A DNA stretch of 64,000 nt from Bifidobacterium breve. Its GTDB lineage: Bacteria > Actinomycetota > Acidimicrobiia > IMCC26256 > JAENVU01. Position numbers and translations under genes: made by a program. The notes below the pieces were generated by a model, which was given only the letters and a program-made list of their open reading frames with translations, did not search any database and had not been told where the DNA came from. Shown here in pieces: positions 60,607 through 64,000 of the stretch. Every line of letters begins with the position of its first letter. Positions within the stretch are counted from its first letter, which is position 1. The DNA is taken from contig CAMBEL010000003.1 of NCBI GenBank assembly GCA_945865605.1, positions 3,480-67,479 of the forward strand. The letters run 5' to 3'.

Positions 60607-61404
60607 GTGAATACGCCCAATCTGGTGAATGATCCAGTGATCGATGCACCAACCCACCTCCTAGAGATCGTCGACCTTCACGTCGAAGCCGATGGTGTTC
60701 CCATTCTCAACGGCCTCTCACTTTCGGTTGAGGCTGGCATGGTTCATGTCTTGATGGGCCCAAACGGGTCCGGGAAATCAACACTTGCCAACACGCTCCT
60801 AGGTAATCCTGCGTACCAAGTCACGCAAGGACACATCTTGTTTAAGGGCGAGGACATAACTGCACTCGACACGCCAGCGCGAGGCGCCCGCGGTCTGTTC
60901 CTTGGTTTCCAGCACCCAGAAGAAATCCCCGGCGTGAGCGTGCTCAACTTCCTACGGCAATCGATGGCAATACGAAAAGGAATCTCAGATCTTTCGGTTC
61001 TCGAGGTCCGGATGTCGCTTATCGAATGGACCCGTAGGCTCGGGATGGACGACCGCTTCACGCAGCGTTATCTCAATGAAGGTTTCTCCGGTGGAGAAAA
61101 GAAGCGGAACGAGATTCTCCAGATGGCGCTCATGGAGCCAGACTTGGCCGTTCTCGACGAGACGGATTCCGGTCTTGACATCGATGCTCTCCGCGTCGTG
61201 GCAAACGGAATTCACGAAGTGCGCAACGATCGACCGGAGCTGGGCATTCTGCTGATCACTCACTACCAGCGAATCCTCAACCACCTCAGCCCCGATGTAG
61301 TCCACATTCTCCTTGACGGTCGCGTGGTGCAGACGGGCGGGCCAGACTTAGCGAAGCAGCTCGAAGCCGACGGTTTTGACGCGTTCCGCGCGCAGGTTGG
61401 GTGA
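60607..61404 (+). CDS. sufC: Fe-S assembly ATPase
   Basis: GPNGSGKST, FQHPEEIPGV, NEGFSGGEKKR, LDETDSGLDIDAL, ITHYQRIL. Confidence 0.96.
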   Translation: MNTPNLVNDPVIDAPTHLLEIVDLHVEADGVPILNGLSLSVEAGMVHVLMGPNGSGKSTLANTLLGNPAYQVTQGHILFKGEDITALDTPARGARGLFLGFQHPEEIPGVSVLNFLRQSMAIRKGISDLSVLEVRMSLIEWTRRLGMDDRFTQRYLNEGFSGGEKKRNEILQMALMEPDLAVLDETDSGLDIDALRVVANGIHEVRNDRPELGILLITHYQRILNHLSPDVVHILLDGRVVQTGGPDLAKQLEADGFDAFRAQVG

Positions 61405-62651
61405 GCAACAAGACGATGAGCTCCATTGATGTCGCCAGAGTAAAAGCGGACTTCCCAATCCTGAAACGGGTAGTCAACGGGCACCCTCTCGTGTTCCTCG
61501 ACTCCGCCGCTAGTGCCCAAAAGCCCATCGGGGTCCTCGAAGCAATGGACCGCCTTGCACGCGAGAGTTACGCGAACGTTCATCGCGGTGTGTACACGAT
61601 TGCCGAGGAAGCGAGTGCCAAGTTCGAAGCATCTCGCGCCGCTGTAGCGCGCTTCATAGGCGCTCCCGCTCCCCACGAGGTCATATTCACTCGCAATGCG
61701 ACCGAGGCGATCAACCTCGTGGCATATTCCTGGGCCAGGTCGAACCTTGTCGAAGGCGATGCAATCGTCCTAACCGAAATGGAGCACCACGCAAACGTGG
61801 TTCCGTGGCTCATGTTGGCAGAGGAGCGCGGTGTCGAATTGCGTTGGGTGCCAATTACATCGGACTTCGTCCTAGATCTAGACGGCCTCGATGAACTACT
61901 ACACAACGCGAAGTTGTTGGCGGTAACCGCTTCGTCAAACGTGCTCGGAACAATCAACGACATACCACCATTGGTCCAAGCAGCGCATGCCTCCGGAGCT
62001 CTAGTCCTCGTCGACGCATGCCAATCGGTGCCACATTTAGTCACCGACGTAACCGCATGGGATGCCGACTTCGTCGCATTTTCGGCGCACAAGATGCTCG
62101 GACCATCCGGCATCGGCGCGCTTTGGGCACGTTCTGAACTCCTCGAAGCAATGCCACCGTTCTTGGGCGGAGGCGAGATGATCCGAGACGTCACCAAGAC
62201 TGGATTCACGACCAACGAACTCCCGTGGAAATTCGAGGCCGGTACGCCAGCGATCACAGAAGCGATCGGATGGCACGCAGCGATCGACTACCTCGAGGAC
62301 CTAGGCATGGATAACGTGCGCGCTCACGAGGTGTCTATAACGGATTACGCGCTCGGCACCCTTGAAGCCAATTTCGAGGATCGCATCACGATTTATGGAC
62401 CGCGCGATCCGGCGGCCCGAGGGAGCGCTGTCTCATTCCTACTCCAGGAAATCCACGCTCACGATGTTTCCCAGGTTCTGGACGAGTACGGGGTCTGCGT
62501 ACGCGCTGGTCATCACTGCGCCAAACCCCTCATGCGCGTCCTAGGAGTCCCCGCCACAAGTAGGGCCTCGTTCTATATATATAACGACGAGGACGATGTA
62601 GACGCGCTCGTCTCGGCCTTGAAGAACGCCGAAAAGTTCTTCGCGATCTAG
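61401..62651 (+). CDS. sufS: SufS cysteine desulfurase
   Basis: FLDSAASAQKP, ANVHRG, EHHANVVPW, SAHKMLGPSG, VRAGHHCA. Confidence 0.96.
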   Translation: MSNKTMSSIDVARVKADFPILKRVVNGHPLVFLDSAASAQKPIGVLEAMDRLARESYANVHRGVYTIAEEASAKFEASRAAVARFIGAPAPHEVIFTRNATEAINLVAYSWARSNLVEGDAIVLTEMEHHANVVPWLMLAEERGVELRWVPITSDFVLDLDGLDELLHNAKLLAVTASSNVLGTINDIPPLVQAAHASGALVLVDACQSVPHLVTDVTAWDADFVAFSAHKMLGPSGIGALWARSELLEAMPPFLGGGEMIRDVTKTGFTTNELPWKFEAGTPAITEAIGWHAAIDYLEDLGMDNVRAHEVSITDYALGTLEANFEDRITIYGPRDPAARGSAVSFLLQEIHAHDVSQVLDEYGVCVRAGHHCAKPLMRVLGVPATSRASFYIYNDEDDVDALVSALKNAEKFFAI

Positions 62652-62663
62652 GATCAAGAAGTT

Positions 62664-63137
62664 ATGTCAGGACTTGAAGACCTCTACAGAGAGATCATCC
62701 TCGACCACTACCGCGCGCCGCGTAATAGGGGCGAGCTACCTGTACCGCCCGCTGTCAAAAGCGAGGGCTTCAACCCCCTCTGCGGAGATGAGGTGGTGCT
62801 TTACCTTGATGTCGACGATGGCGTTGTAACCGATCTCAAGATCGCCGGTCAAGGGTGCTCTATCAGCCAGGCATCGACTTCGATGATGAGTGCTGCAGTG
62901 AAGGGCAAGACCATCGCCGAAGTTCGCCAACTCACGCGGGCATTCAAAGCACTCATGTCGATCCATGAATCCAAACTTGAGGGTGAGCAAGACGGTTCAG
63001 ATCTTGAGGACGACCTAAAGGGAGTGCGGCTCGGCGACCTTGAAGCCCTGCAAGGGGTGGTGAAATTTCCAGTCCGTATCAAGTGCGCGACCCTCGCCTG
63101 GAACACATTGCTCCAGGGCCTAGACGAAGCCACATAG
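62664..63137 (+). CDS. sufU: SufU sulfur-transfer/scaffold protein
   Basis: LYREIILDHY, NPLCGD, GCSISQAS, FPVRIKCATLAW. Confidence 0.96.
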   Translation: MSGLEDLYREIILDHYRAPRNRGELPVPPAVKSEGFNPLCGDEVVLYLDVDDGVVTDLKIAGQGCSISQASTSMMSAAVKGKTIAEVRQLTRAFKALMSIHESKLEGEQDGSDLEDDLKGVRLGDLEALQGVVKFPVRIKCATLAWNTLLQGLDEAT

Positions 63138-63255
63138 GACTTGTAATCAAGCGGCGGTTCTCGGCACATTGGAATATTTGTGGGTCGCGGTTAATCGCGT
63201 CCGAAACTGTCTCCCCACCTAGTACAATCTTGGCATTCGACCAGAAGGGGATCAG

Positions 63256-63435
63256 ATGCTCGAGCAAACAAACTTAGTGAGCATGATCGACGAGGCGCTC
63301 GTCCGATTCGGTCCTAGGGACCTCATCTCGGGAGCCGAGATCGTCGACTTCCTGCTCGACCTGCGACTTGGCGTACTGGCGACAGACGCGGAACTCGCTG
63401 CACTACTCGACGAAGAGCGTCAGCCGACCGCCTAA
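63256..63435 (+). CDS. Small acidic helical hypothetical protein (59 aa; below ORF-track cutoff)
   Basis: MLEQTNLVSMIDEALVRFGPRDLISGAEIVDFLLDLRLGVLATDAELAALLDEERQPTA; AAGGGGA RBS and TACAAT -10 upstream. Confidence 0.7.
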   Translation: MLEQTNLVSMIDEALVRFGPRDLISGAEIVDFLLDLRLGVLATDAELAALLDEERQPTA

Positions 63436-63495
63436 CCAATATCCAAATGATCGAACGTCCACACTCAGGACGGTTCAAACCGTAGAATCACACCC

Positions 63496-64000
63496 GTGCG
63501 TCTACGGGGTAAATCTGTGATCTGGATATCTCTCGGGGCAGTGGTCGGACTTGTTGTCGTTTCCGTCGCCGCTTTAACTTTGACGCGCGCTGACAATACG
63601 GGAGCAGTCGTATTGTCCACACGGTCAGCCGCTTCGGTTGAGACCACTACCACGACGGTACCGATGACTACGACGACGACAATCCCGGGCTTAATTCAGC
63701 CAGCTGAAGTGGTTCTACCAGCTTTGCCGAATGGTTCAATCGGTCGCGGCAGTTCGGGTGATGTCGTGAAGGCTTATCAACAACGATTTGCTGACCTGCA
63801 TTTCGATCCGGGCGCAGTTGATGGCATGTACGGTCCAGAAATGGTCTACGCAGTACATGCACTTCAGAAGATGATTGGCGCCCCTAAGACGGGTCGGCTC
63901 GGCGCACAAGAAGCAATGACCCTCGCAACGCTGAAATATCCAACGCCTTTGCAACCTAACGGCGAAGCGAACCGCACTGAGATCGATGTCTCGAAACAAG
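63496..64000 (+). CDS. Peptidoglycan-binding-domain protein, probably an L,D-transpeptidase (partial, runs off window)
   Basis: TM, Thr-rich linker, GSSGDVVKAYQQRF..L.FDPGAVDGMYG (PG_binding_1), then TEIDVSKQ typical of a YkuD start. Confidence 0.8.
   Translation, partial: MRLRGKSVIWISLGAVVGLVVVSVAALTLTRADNTGAVVLSTRSAASVETTTTTVPMTTTTTIPGLIQPAEVVLPALPNGSIGRGSSGDVVKAYQQRFADLHFDPGAVDGMYGPEMVYAVHALQKMIGAPKTGRLGAQEAMTLATLKYPTPLQPNGEANRTEIDVSKQ

Overview
Gene-dense chromosomal window (~60% GC by eye) from an actinobacterium, most likely Acidimicrobiia (inferred from gene content and protein style). It is mostly core metabolism: ilvB/ilvD with a Val-rich leader-peptide attenuator, gatCAB, ligA, mnmA-iscS, a PASTA Ser/Thr kinase, B12-linked genes (metH, pduO, split methylmalonyl-CoA mutase), a fused LipB-LipA with E2/E3, and sufC-sufS-sufU. 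Accessory loci are a Tad/Flp pilus operon and a flippase + 3x GT4 + Rmd-like glycan cluster. I found no rRNA, tRNA, CRISPR array, integrase or transposase. Best leads: (1) an unannotated ~300-nt self-complementary region at 9125-9420 that may be a structured ncRNA; (2) the module upstream of the Tad operon (BldC/Xis-like HTH, Sm/Hfq-like protein, LysM protein, wHTH protein) sharing a repeated operator-like motif; (3) an acyl-CoA dehydrogenase lacking ~200 codons, joined at a 10-nt sequence readable in both frames; (4) a dre-like palindrome and other candidate operators; (5) many apparently leaderless genes, one with an ATC where the start codon should be. All calls come from reading motifs by eye; no searches or folding programs were run, and several starts were moved from the ORF track.
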